Part shown: piece by piece, positions 1-7,926 of the stretch
Layout of the letters: each line of letters begins with the position of its first letter
Numbering within the stretch: the first letter of the stretch is position 1
Source: a virus
Strand: one strand, 5' to 3'
DNA: 64,000 bases
Virus record (IMG/VR): IMGVR_UViG_3300036846_001134
Coordinates: 2,379-66,378 of that record
Notes under the pieces: model-generated
Databases searched by the model: none
What the model was told of the DNA's origin: nothing
Seen by the model: the letters and a program-made list of their open reading frames with translations, nothing else
Program-made: the position numbers and the translations under genes

Positions 1-345
1 GGTCACGATCCAGCGGTACGCCCTGCGGCCGCCGCCCACCACGATGACCAATAACAGGCCCTTGCCGGTGATCCCGTCGGAGGGATCGAGCGGCGGCCAG
101 ACGGTGCCGGGCGGCGGCCAGGTGCCCGGCGGGTTGGGGTCGGGAACGAAGACCGGGAAGTCCGGGGGCCAGACTGTCGGCGGAAGCTCGTTGTCGATTC
201 CGGGCGGCAGCGGGGGCAGCCCGTGCCACACATAAGGCGGCAGCCCCTGGTCGGGGTGCTCGCCGCCGGGTACTCCGTAATCTGGATCGACCGGACCCTT
301 GCCGCCCTCGATCACCGTTCCATACACTAGAGCTTTTTCTGCCAT
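1..345 (-). CDS. Proline-rich phage protein, runs off the window start
   Basis: Hand translation from ATG at 345 gives MAEKALVYGTVIEGGKGPVDPDYGVPGGEHPDQGLPP...WPP repeats, open to position 1; GAGG RBS upstream. Confidence 0.7.
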   Translation of the reverse strand, partial: MAEKALVYGTVIEGGKGPVDPDYGVPGGEHPDQGLPPYVWHGLPPLPPGIDNELPPTVWPPDFPVFVPDPNPPGTWPPPGTVWPPLDPSDGITGKGLLLVIVVGGGRRAYRWIVT

Positions 346-568
346 GTTGGTTTTTCCTCGCTTTCGTTGAATACCGCCATGATTTTCTCGCTTTCGCCTT
401 GGAGCCCGCCGCGTGTGAGCGCGACGGCACGGGACGATCATAACCCACGGCGGTAAACCATAGATGACAAACAATTCGCGCATTTCTTGCAACACTTGCA
501 CGAAGTGTACGCGCGGAACATTTCAAACCTTGCGTTCCTAGCAATTCACATATTTCACATATAGAATC

Positions 569-1054
569 TTGGGCATGAGTCCACGCCATCTCTACACCCG
601 AGAGCAGATCAAGCGCCGCATGGTGCTCGATCTGTTCACTACCACACCACTAGCCGGCGACGCCGAGATCGGGCGCGCCGCCGGGGTCAGCGAGAGCACC
701 GTCAGCCGCATCCGCAAACGCGTCAACGACGGCTGGAGCCGGGAGGAAATCATCCTCGGCCACAAACGCGGCCCCCGTCCGGGACGGCGGGCGCTCGACC
801 GGCTGCGCCAGATATTCGTCTCCCATCCGTTTAGTAAAACCAACCACCTAGTCGAGTGGCTGAACAGCAGCACCGCCTGGGCGGAAGCCTTTCAGTCCGC
901 CGGAATCCTGGGAACGGACCAGGCGGTGGACGCTTCCGGCGTGGACGCCGACATCCGCGAACGCATCAAAAATTGCAACCGGCGGTGGTGCATTCAATTC
1001 AAGCGCCACCACGACCAGGACATCCTCGCTAAACCGTGGAAACTGGAGGACTAA
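569..1054 (+). CDS. Helix-turn-helix DNA-binding protein (candidate repressor/regulator)
   Basis: HTH-like segment DAEIGRAAGVSESTVSRIRKR. Confidence 0.6.
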   Translation: MGMSPRHLYTREQIKRRMVLDLFTTTPLAGDAEIGRAAGVSESTVSRIRKRVNDGWSREEIILGHKRGPRPGRRALDRLRQIFVSHPFSKTNHLVEWLNSSTAWAEAFQSAGILGTDQAVDASGVDADIRERIKNCNRRWCIQFKRHHDQDILAKPWKLED

Positions 1055-1377
1055 GCGGCGGCCGCCGCCGGCAGCACCCCCTCGGCCGCCAGCCCCGCGA
1101 GGAACGCGGCCGCTTCCTGGGAGGAATGAATCACCGCCACCTGGGCACCCGCCCTTTGCCAGGCGAGGAGGCGCGCCTTCTGGAGCGGGGTAGCATCCTC
1201 GCCCGGCACCTTGAGCTCCAGCTCCAGGTGACATCCCTGTATCAACGCATACAAGTCCGGGTCGCCGGCCTGGGAGAAGGCCGTCCCGTGCCGCTTGCGA
1301 ACGACCGCGCCGGGATACTGTGCGCAAATTAACTTGACGACAGTCTGTGTGATCGAACTCTCTCGGGGTCTGGGCAT
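1051..1377 (-). CDS. VRR-NUC / PD-(D/E)XK nuclease (resolvase-like)
   Basis: MPRPRESSI...AGDPDL...LELELK...ATPLQ...AGAQVAV motif pattern. Confidence 0.75.
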   Translation of the reverse strand: MPRPRESSITQTVVKLICAQYPGAVVRKRHGTAFSQAGDPDLYALIQGCHLELELKVPGEDATPLQKARLLAWQRAGAQVAVIHSSQEAAAFLAGLAAEGVLPAAAAA

Positions 1378-1489
1378 GGCTTGCAAAGGCGACCGGGTTG
1401 AGTTACGATTGTCGCGCAGATTTCCCACCATGCGGCAGAAATTCCTCAAGCCGTACTCTTCCACACACAAAACAACCACCCCGGCCCCA

Positions 1490-1742
1490 AAAGGGGGCTC
1501 ATCGGGGGCTCATGGGGGTTCAAAAGTTACACTTTAAGACCCCCGGCCCAACTTGCTGACCCCTCACGGTTTATGAAGCGAGGGGGTTCAGGGGGTTCAA
1601 AAGTTTGTATCCTTAGCGTGAGACAAATTTATCATCTTTATTGATACAAAGTTTAGACCCCCCAAGACCCCCCGCCCTCAAAACAAGCAACTTAGCTCCA
1701 CCCCCCCTTTGAACCCCCCTGAACCCCCTATGGAGCCCTTTT
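1490..1742. repeat. Cluster of short direct and inverted repeats (GGGGGTTCA / TGAACCCCC, AGACCCCC) in non-coding DNA
   Basis: gggggttcaaaag occurs twice; 1582-1603 is a near reverse complement of ~1707-1728; an AT-rich core lies between them. Confidence 0.6.
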
Positions 1743-2522
1743 AATCTTTGGCCAAATTGGGGTGGCTCACCTGGCGAGCTATCGGGAATTTACCCGATAT
1801 GGGTTCCAAACTCGCCCGCGTCGCCTAATAGACTCGCGCGCGCGTCGTCTCGTGCTTCGAAGCTGGCGGCTGGTGCTTGGGACCCCCGGACCACGAGGCC
1901 GACGCCGATGGAACCGGGATGGGACCCGCTCGGGGAATATACCCCCAGGCCGGATGGGACCCCCGTGGGCAGAACCTCGAATCGTGCGGGGGGAATAATA
2001 ACCACACCAGGCCTCGCGCGCGTAGCCTACAGAGAGGCCCTGGGTACGGGGTAGGTCTTGGCCCTGGCGTAGCCCACGGCAAGCCGTCGGTACGAGCCCA
2101 CGGCCAGCACCACAGCCACGTGTTGTCGCCTAGCTTCCGATAAGCAGCATTATGTCAACTCCTGAGTGTTGCAAGCAAAGGACTTAGCTGCAAATCGGGG
2201 TGAAACTACTCGCATTTCGCATATTTCCCACTTTTCGGGCAGGGAAAAGCCCTAGGACGCGTCGCAGACGAGGGGGTCTCTAGACCATCACCCAGCCTCC
2301 GGCGACGCAGTCTAGGGCCATCCCCGCCCCAGCCAGGGCCATTTGGAAACCCCTCCAGAATTCACTCTCCCGAGGTCTATCCCCAGGCTTTGTTAAGACT
2401 TCGTACTATTCCTCACCCATCCTATTCGCGCCATTTTCGCGTCTGCCCTGGTGCGTTTCACCCCAAGAATTTCAAATTTCACCCCAAAGTTTTTTGGCCG
2501 CTAAGTGCCTTTCTTTGCAACG

Positions 2523-2568
2523 TTTCACCCCAAGAAAATTGACAAAAAACCGTCTGCCGTTGCATTCT
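2523..2568 (+). promoter_or_regulatory. Early promoter P1 (TTTCACCCC box, -35 TTGACA, -10 CATTCT)
   Basis: TTGACA at 2539-2544 with an 18-nt spacer; extra TTTCACCCC boxes at ~2456 and ~2477, and an inverted one at ~2197. Confidence 0.7.
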
Positions 2569-2611
2569 GGGATCACGGCAGCCGAGACGGCAGCCGACAA
2601 GGACTTACCCC

Positions 2612-3205
2612 ATGACGACGACGACAGCAACACCGACAGCAACACCCTCCGCCCAGGACATAGCCCGCAAGCTACAGCATGCCCTAGTCTTGGCCGGGCT
2701 CCACGTGACCGAGGGCAAGAGCGAGCAGGCCAAGGACTTACGCCTGGCCTTGAAGCTCATCACCGAGTGCCTTACCCCTGCCCAGGTGGACCAGGCCAGG
2801 GCCACGCTGAAGGCCATGAAGGCGCCCAAAGCCCCCACGGTTACCCCCGTGACCATCACCCACGTGCCCATGCAGACTGGCCGCGCCCCGCAAGCCCCTC
2901 CCAGGCTAGCGGCAGCGCCGCCAGCGCCTAAGCCGACCAGCCTTGAGTCCGCGATTAGCAGCTTTCCCCCTGTGTTCGGCTTCCGGCATTTCGCCGATTC
3001 GATCCGGTTTCGGATTAGCCCCTCCGAAAGCCTGGTTACCCCCGAGGGTAAGATCCTGCTCGCCGTCCACCGCCTGGCCAAGGGCTCGACCACGGAGAGC
3101 GCCTTGTTCGGGAAAGTCAGCCCGGAAGGACTGCGGAGTCAGGTCGCGGCATGGGCCGCGACTAAGACCGGAGAGATAAGCTATGACCAAAGAGATAAGC
3201 TATGA
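2612..3205 (+). CDS. Hypothetical early protein
   Basis: 197-aa ORF directly after P1, with AAGGA RBS and ACCCC-ATG. Confidence 0.7.
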   Translation: MTTTTATPTATPSAQDIARKLQHALVLAGLHVTEGKSEQAKDLRLALKLITECLTPAQVDQARATLKAMKAPKAPTVTPVTITHVPMQTGRAPQAPPRLAAAPPAPKPTSLESAISSFPPVFGFRHFADSIRFRISPSESLVTPEGKILLAVHRLAKGSTTESALFGKVSPEGLRSQVAAWAATKTGEISYDQRDKL

Positions 3206-3300
3206 CCAAAGAGTTACTCCAGAACGTCGCCATCGCGCTACTGATTGTAGCCCTCTGGCTAGGCTTCGCGGCTGTGGTCGCCGAATCGCTCACGCCGTGA
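3202..3300 (+). CDS. Small membrane peptide (32 aa)
   Basis: MTKELLQNVAIALLIVALWLGFAAVVAESLTP; ATGA overlap with upstream stop. Confidence 0.5.
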   Translation: MTKELLQNVAIALLIVALWLGFAAVVAESLTP

Positions 3301-3320
3301 TGGCGCTGGCGACGGGAGAT
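3280..3320 (+). ncRNA. Degenerate hammerhead remnant (3' half only)
   Basis: gccGAAT-stem III-AC-gggagat matches copies 2 and 3; no CUGANGA upstream. Confidence 0.5.
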
Positions 3321-3347
3321 CCACCGGGCATGGCATAACCCATGCGA

Positions 3348-3392
3348 TTTCACCCCCACTCGCTTGACAAAAATCGAGCGATGCGGCAAACT
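3348..3392 (+). promoter_or_regulatory. Early promoter P2
   Basis: TTTCACCCC; TTGACA at 3364-3369; 17 nt; CAAACT. Confidence 0.8.
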
Positions 3393-3440
3393 GGTTTCAG
3401 TGGCGCGAGAAACGCCCAGGACTTAGAGGAGACTTACCCC

Positions 3441-3587
3441 ATGACGAACGCTAACTTCAACGCCGATGACTTTGACCTGATGGAACAGACCGACACCTAC
3501 CTGGCCAGCCTGGACCTGGAGATGGTCTGGGAATATGCGGACGCCCATGACGACCTGGCCAACTGGCTCAAGGCGGACCTGGACTAA
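3441..3587 (+). CDS. Small acidic early protein (48 aa)
   Basis: GAGGAG RBS, ACCCC-ATG; Asp/Glu-rich. Confidence 0.65.
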   Translation: MTNANFNADDFDLMEQTDTYLASLDLEMVWEYADAHDDLANWLKADLD

Positions 3588-3642
3588 ATCCCCTGACGAT
3601 GGCCCACTGGGAAGGGGCCGAAATGCCGCGAGGCATCGGGAT
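3588..3642 (+). ncRNA. Type I hammerhead ribozyme HH1 (AUC, predicted cut after 3637)
   Basis: auccc-CUGACGA-U-ggccc/gggcc-GAAA-ugcc(GCGA)ggca-UC-gggau. Confidence 0.9.
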
Positions 3643-3668
3643 ATTTCCCACAGAGAGAAACACACACC

Positions 3669-3935
3669 ATGACGACCACACAGACCATCGACACCGACGC
3701 CTTGCTGGCCCAGCTGGAGGCCCTCCGGGCGGAGAACGACAAGCTGCGCACGCAGCCCAGGACGGCATCGCCGCTAACCCTGCGGGTAAGCGAGAAGGGC
3801 GCCTTGAGCGTCTACGGCATGGGCCGCTTCCCGGTCACGCTGTACCGCGAGCAGTGGACCAAGCTGCTCGGCTACGCCGACCAGATCCGCGAGTTCATCC
3901 GGGTGAACGACGCCAGCCTCGCGACCAAGCAGTAA
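3669..3935 (+). CDS. Conserved small phage protein (88 aa)
   Basis: Coiled N-terminus plus LRVSEKGALSVYGMGRFPVTLY. Confidence 0.75.
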   Translation: MTTTQTIDTDALLAQLEALRAENDKLRTQPRTASPLTLRVSEKGALSVYGMGRFPVTLYREQWTKLLGYADQIREFIRVNDASLATKQ

Positions 3936-4001
3936 CTCCCCTGACGATGGCCTATGGGGATAGGCCGAATGGCTCATGCCGGGAGGCATTGGCCACGGGA
4001 G
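3936..4001 (+). ncRNA. Hammerhead ribozyme HH2 (U15.1-A16.1 variant, predicted cut after 3996)
   Basis: cuccc-CUGACGA-U-ggccuau/auaggcc-GAA-U-extended stem III (GGGA loop)-A-C-gggag. Confidence 0.8.
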
Positions 4002-4012
4002 ATACCCACACC

Positions 4013-4180
4013 ATGACGACGACTTACAACGGCCTGATTCAGGCCATGACCATCATCCATGCGGCCAAGAGCGAAGTTACCCGCGAGGAAGGCATGATGA
4101 TTACCCCGCACTGGCGCATGCTGCTGCATGCCGGGGAGTACCTGAACAGGCAGGCCACTGACTTACTCCGAGGTGAGTAA
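4013..4180 (+). CDS. Small hypothetical early protein (55 aa)
   Basis: ATG downstream of GGGAG of HH2. Confidence 0.65.
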   Translation: MTTTYNGLIQAMTIIHAAKSEVTREEGMMITPHWRMLLHAGEYLNRQATDLLRGE

Positions 4181-4223
4181 GTCGCAACCGGGTGGGCTAA
4201 GTCTAGCGGCTAGGCCCACCGCG

Positions 4224-4268
4224 TTTCACCCCAAGTTGCTTGACAATTTTCGAGCGATTTGAGAAACT
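4224..4268 (+). promoter_or_regulatory. Early promoter P3
   Basis: TTTCACCCC; TTGACA at 4240-4245; 17 nt; TGn-GAAACT; preceded by GC hairpin ~4191-4220. Confidence 0.8.
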
Positions 4269-4294
4269 GGAAATCGAGCGAGGAGATACACCCC

Positions 4295-4510
4295 ATGAGT
4301 AAGACGAAAGACAAGACGGTAACCTGGAGCGAAAGCTCAAGCGCCTACTGGTTCGACTGCGGCTACCGCACGGCGTGCTGCGGCGACGGCGTGGATATGT
4401 TCTTCACCGAGGACGGTGAGGCTATCAGTCCTGGCACGCCGGAATTCGAGGCGTGCATGGACGCGGCATGCCTGGACCCGGAGACGTGGGAGGCTTACTT
4501 TGGCAGTTAG
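4295..4510 (+). CDS. Small acidic Cys-containing protein
   Basis: GAGGAG RBS, ACCCC-ATG. Confidence 0.7.
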   Translation: MSKTKDKTVTWSESSSAYWFDCGYRTACCGDGVDMFFTEDGEAISPGTPEFEACMDAACLDPETWEAYFGS

Positions 4511-4514
4511 CTAA

Positions 4515-4568
4515 CTCCCCTGACGATGGCCCACGGGGGTGGGCCGAATCGCCGCGAGGCGACGGGAG
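4515..4568 (+). ncRNA. Hammerhead ribozyme HH3 (U15.1-A16.1 variant, predicted cut after 4563)
   Basis: cuccc-CUGACGA-U-ggcccac(gggg)gugggcc-GAA-U-cgcc(GCGA)ggcg-A-C-gggag. Confidence 0.8.
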
Positions 4569-4591
4569 ATACCCACAAGGAGAGTAACCCC

Positions 4592-4852
4592 ATGACGAAC
4601 ACTAACGAACCAATCCGTAGGGCGACCTACGCCAAGATGCGTGCCGCGCTCAAAGCCGCGCTTGAGGACCTGGAGATCCTGAGCGGCGACAAGGTCGGCC
4701 CGAGCGGCGTAAGCTGGCAGGACGTGGCCGGAACCTGCGCCACTAACTTCCAGGTGCTGGTCTGGAACCTGGAACGGGCGCGGCAAGGCTATGCCGAGCC
4801 TAACATCACCTTCCCGTCGCCTGCCGAATGCCTGGAGGAGAGCCATGAGTAA
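4592..4852 (+). CDS. Hypothetical early protein
   Basis: AAGGAG RBS, ACCCC-ATG. Confidence 0.7.
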   Translation: MTNTNEPIRRATYAKMRAALKAALEDLEILSGDKVGPSGVSWQDVAGTCATNFQVLVWNLERARQGYAEPNITFPSPAECLEESHE

Positions 4853-4997
4853 CGGCGCCTGGTACGACTACACCTTGCAGGCCTGGGTGGTGGACGGGCG
4901 CTATGTCCCCTGCGGCCACCCGGCCAGCATGAACTGCGCCTGCTACGGCAGGCTGCATGCCGGGGAGACGGCGACCGAGCGGGAGGAGGGCCAGTGA
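4845..4997 (+). CDS. Small Cys/His protein
   Basis: GGAGGAG RBS; YDYTLQAWVVDGRYVPCGHP..C.CYG. Confidence 0.65.
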   Translation: MSNGAWYDYTLQAWVVDGRYVPCGHPASMNCACYGRLHAGETATEREEGQ

Positions 4998-5152
4998 TCC
5001 GCGACTCTATCGCCTCCGCTTGCACATGGCTATGGGTCGCCTCCCTGATAGTAGCGGCGTTCCTGCCGCACGGCCATTGGACCTTCGACTACGCCTGCTA
5101 TGCGAGCTTCGTCGGTTTCATGGGCTGGATTGTCGCTATGTTGAGCCGCTAA
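4994..5152 (+). CDS. Small two-TM membrane protein (52 aa)
   Basis: GTG start overlapping upstream TGA; hydrophobic; stop abuts HH4. Confidence 0.55.
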   Translation: MIRDSIASACTWLWVASLIVAAFLPHGHWTFDYACYASFVGFMGWIVAMLSR

Positions 5153-5153
5153 C

Positions 5154-5201
5154 CCCCTGACGAGGCCGTGCGAGTCGGCCGAAACGCCGTGAGGCGTAGG
5201 G
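5154..5201 (+). ncRNA. Hammerhead ribozyme HH4 (GUA, predicted cut after 5198)
   Basis: ccc-CUGACGA-ggccg(ugcgagu)cggcc-GAAA-cgcc(GUGA)ggcg-UA-ggg. Confidence 0.9.
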
Positions 5202-5216
5202 AGAAAACCGGACCCG

Positions 5217-5261
5217 TTTCACCCCAAATTGCTTGACAAAAATCGAGCGATTTGCGATACT
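5217..5261 (+). promoter_or_regulatory. Early promoter P4
   Basis: TTTCACCCC; TTGACA at 5233-5238; 17 nt; TGn-GATACT. Confidence 0.85.
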
Positions 5262-5320
5262 GGGTTCAACGGCGCGAACAAGCGCCGCCAACGTTCAGAC
5301 GAGAGATAAGGATACACCCC

Positions 5321-6154
5321 ATGAATACGATCAACATGCGTCACAGCGTCCGTTCCATGACGGCGCTCTCTAACGACCAGCTTAGGGCGGTTGCCCCGAG
5401 CGTGTTTGCCATGGAGCCATGGCACCGGATGAGCGACAAGTACGCCTTCATCCCCACCATCGCGGTCATCGAGCGGATGCGGGAAGAGGGCTTCCAGCCC
5501 GTGCAGGCCATGCAGTCGAGGACCCGCATCGAGGGCAAGGGGGACTTCACCAAGCACCTGATCCGCTTCCGCGACATGCGCCAGGGGGACCAGCCCTTGA
5601 CCCGCCAGCTGGGCGTGGTCTACCCCGAGCTGGTCCTGACCAACAGCCACGACGGGGCCAGCGCCTATAAGCTCGATAGCGGGCTGTTCCGCCTGGTCTG
5701 CACCAACGGCATGGTGGTCGGCGACGGCGTGGTCAATCACATCAGCGTGCGCCACACCGGAAGCCCGGACGGCGTGATCAACGCGAGCTTTGAGGTCATC
5801 GACCAGATGCCCAAGGTGATCGACAGCGTGGAGAACTTCCAGCGGCTGCGGCTAGAGGCGCCGCAGGCCGAGGTGTTCGCCACCGCCGCGCTTCAACTGC
5901 GCTACGACGAGGGGGAGGCGCCTATCACTCCCGCCCAGGTGCTGCAACCGCGCCGCATGGAGGACTCTACGCCCACCCTGTGGAACACCTTCAACCGCGC
6001 CCAGGAAGCCCTGGTCGGCGGCGGTATCCGGGGCCGCAGCGCCGAGACGCGCCGTCGCCTGCGGACGCGCCCGGTGGAAGGCATCACCGAGAACACCAAG
6101 CTGAACAAGGCCCTCTGGACCTTGGCCGAGGAGATGCGCAAGCTGATGAGCTAA
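5321..6154 (+). CDS. DUF932/DUF945 family protein
   Basis: SDKYAFIPT, TKHLIRFR, LTNSHDG, LFRLVCTNGMV, LWNTFNRAQE, KLNKALW motifs typical of this phage/plasmid family. Confidence 0.85.
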   Translation: MNTINMRHSVRSMTALSNDQLRAVAPSVFAMEPWHRMSDKYAFIPTIAVIERMREEGFQPVQAMQSRTRIEGKGDFTKHLIRFRDMRQGDQPLTRQLGVVYPELVLTNSHDGASAYKLDSGLFRLVCTNGMVVGDGVVNHISVRHTGSPDGVINASFEVIDQMPKVIDSVENFQRLRLEAPQAEVFATAALQLRYDEGEAPITPAQVLQPRRMEDSTPTLWNTFNRAQEALVGGGIRGRSAETRRRLRTRPVEGITENTKLNKALWTLAEEMRKLMS

Positions 6155-6202
6155 CCGGGAAGGGGGCCGCGAGGCCCCCACGCCCAACCTAAAGGAAAAC
6201 CC

Positions 6203-6502
6203 ATGGAACAAATTAAACCCTACGAACTAAGCCTGGGCATCGAGCACCTGATGACGGGCGCGGAATTGGTCAGCGAGACTGGGCGCAGCTTTCACTTCGA
6301 GTACGAGAGCCCGAGCGTGGTGCGCGTCACCTGCCGGGAGCCCTTCGCCTGCTACTGGAGGCCGCAAGGCCAGGACAGTGCGCCCATCAAGCTGAATGCC
6401 ACCTTGGCCGACCACGGCCTGACCCTGGAGTTCAGCGAGAGCGAGGTGCGATTCTTCGCCCGCGACATGGCCGAGGCCATGCGGGCCAAGTTCAACAGCT
6501 AA
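6203..6502 (+). CDS. Hypothetical early protein
   Basis: AAGGA RBS; stop abuts HH5. Confidence 0.7.
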   Translation: MEQIKPYELSLGIEHLMTGAELVSETGRSFHFEYESPSVVRVTCREPFACYWRPQGQDSAPIKLNATLADHGLTLEFSESEVRFFARDMAEAMRAKFNS

Positions 6503-6503
6503 C

Positions 6504-6551
6504 CCCCTGACGAGGCCGTGCGAGTCGGCCGAAACGCCGCGAGGCGTCGGG
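6504..6551 (+). ncRNA. Hammerhead ribozyme HH5 (GUC, predicted cut after 6548)
   Basis: Canonical core; stem II as in HH4; GCGA loop III. Confidence 0.9.
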
Positions 6552-6574
6552 ACATATTCCCAAGGACCAACCCC

Positions 6575-6871
6575 ATGACGACGACGATAGAACTCACCCC
6601 GAGCCTGACCTCCATGCGGATCATCGCCTGGACCGACGAGGCCGTATACCTGAGACTGCCGCTCGAACTACAGCGCGACTGCGGCGGCTGTAGCTGCGAG
6701 CAATGCAAGAAAAATCCGAAACTCGCGAAATGGGACACGCTGGCGGTGCCCGTCAAGGGCAAGCCGCGCGGATCGTACAGCGAGAACCACTCCTGGACCG
6801 TCCACATGCCGGACGGCGCGGTGGCGGGCTTCATGGAGTACATGAAGAACAAGGCCAAGGAGAAAGCCTGA
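6575..6871 (+). CDS. Cys-rich hypothetical early protein
   Basis: CGGCSCEQC motif; ACCCC-ATG. Confidence 0.7.
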   Translation: MTTTIELTPSLTSMRIIAWTDEAVYLRLPLELQRDCGGCSCEQCKKNPKLAKWDTLAVPVKGKPRGSYSENHSWTVHMPDGAVAGFMEYMKNKAKEKA

Positions 6872-6990
6872 TGGCCGACAGCGATAGCGGCTGCGCACTG
6901 GTGGGCTGCGGCATCGTGGGCTACTTCGCGTTCTGGGCCGTGGTGATCGTTGCCGCAACCTTGCTCGTGAAGTTCGTCTGGACCTGGTAG
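6871..6990 (+). CDS. Small membrane peptide (39 aa)
   Basis: TGATG coupling; hydrophobic stretch. Confidence 0.55.
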   Translation: MADSDSGCALVGCGIVGYFAFWAVVIVAATLLVKFVWTW

Positions 6991-6999
6991 CCCATCAAC

Positions 7000-7047
7000 C
7001 CCCTGACGAGGCCGTGAGAGTCGGCCGAAACGCCGCGAGGCGTCGGG
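7000..7047 (+). ncRNA. Hammerhead ribozyme HH6 (GUC, predicted cut after 7044)
   Basis: Canonical core; loop II ugagagu. Confidence 0.9.
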
Positions 7048-7070
7048 AGAGAAAGGAATCCCATTACCCC

Positions 7071-7310
7071 ATGACCGCAAACAAAACCTACGCGCTTACC
7101 GATACCTTGCGCACGCCGGCACGCGAGCTTCACCCCTTCCCCGGCCTGTTCTACTACTCGGGCTTTGGCATGGGCCACTACTACTCGACCGACGGCACGG
7201 CCCACTGGGCGGCATCGAGCGAGGCCAAGGACCTGGCCGCGAGCGAGGGCGTCAAGTACGTCTACGTGGACGCGCTCGAAGGCTACCAGGCCGTCTACCT
7301 GGGCGACTAG
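7071..7310 (+). CDS. Hypothetical early protein
   Basis: AAAGGA RBS, ACCCC-ATG. Confidence 0.7.
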   Translation: MTANKTYALTDTLRTPARELHPFPGLFYYSGFGMGHYYSTDGTAHWAASSEAKDLAASEGVKYVYVDALEGYQAVYLGD

Positions 7311-7315
7311 GCGCA

Positions 7316-7359
7316 TTTCACCCCAAGCACTTGACAAAATTCGAGCAACGTGAGAAACT
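7316..7359 (+). promoter_or_regulatory. Early promoter P5
   Basis: TTTCACCCC; TTGACA at 7331-7336; 17 nt; TGn-GAAACT. Confidence 0.85.
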
Positions 7360-7381
7360 GGAAATCGAAAGGAAACACCCC

Positions 7382-7672
7382 ATGAACTGGAGCGTACCCG
7401 CTACCGACTACGCGGTAATCGTCAAGATTGCCCAACGCGCCACGGCCCTCGCCAGGCGCTACAACGTGAACTACCCGCAGGGCACCGCCCTGATGGACCT
7501 GACGGCCTGCCACGCCAATGCCTTCCGCCTGCGCGTGGAGGAGTTGCTCAAGGCCGATGACTCTAACTTCGCCCATGACGTGTTCGGCATCCGCCGCCAC
7601 CTCGACCGCGAGACGGGCAAGCTCGCGGATTGCTTCGTGCCGCGCTTCGCGAGCAAGGAGGCGGTGAACTAG
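7382..7672 (+). CDS. Conserved phage protein (DUF6874-like)
   Basis: MDLTACHAN..LLKADDSNFAHDVFGIRRHLDRETGKL..CFVPRF; family name recalled, not searched. Confidence 0.6.
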   Translation: MNWSVPATDYAVIVKIAQRATALARRYNVNYPQGTALMDLTACHANAFRLRVEELLKADDSNFAHDVFGIRRHLDRETGKLADCFVPRFASKEAVN

Positions 7673-7674
7673 CC

Positions 7675-7842
7675 ATGCGGAAGTACATCATCGTGCGCAA
7701 CACCGACCGTCCCGGTCACTGCCATGTCGAGATCCACAAGTACATCGGCCAGGAGGAAGGCATCCCGTGCTATGAGCACTACCGGACGATGAAGAACTTC
7801 CCCGAGGCGGCGGACCTGATCCGGCGTCTGGAAGCCGCCTAA
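7675..7842 (+). CDS. Small hypothetical protein
   Basis: GGAGG upstream; stop abuts HH7. Confidence 0.6.
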   Translation: MRKYIIVRNTDRPGHCHVEIHKYIGQEEGIPCYEHYRTMKNFPEAADLIRRLEAA

Positions 7843-7843
7843 C

Positions 7844-7902
7844 CCCCTGACGAGCCCGTGAAAGTCGGCGCGAAACGCCCCGTCGAGATGACGGCGCGTC
7901 GG
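7844..7902 (+). ncRNA. Hammerhead ribozyme HH7 (GUC, predicted cut after 7899)
   Basis: Canonical core; bulged stem II; stem III extended by ccguc/gacgg. Confidence 0.88.
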
Positions 7903-7926
7903 GACATTATCCCAAGGACATACCCC

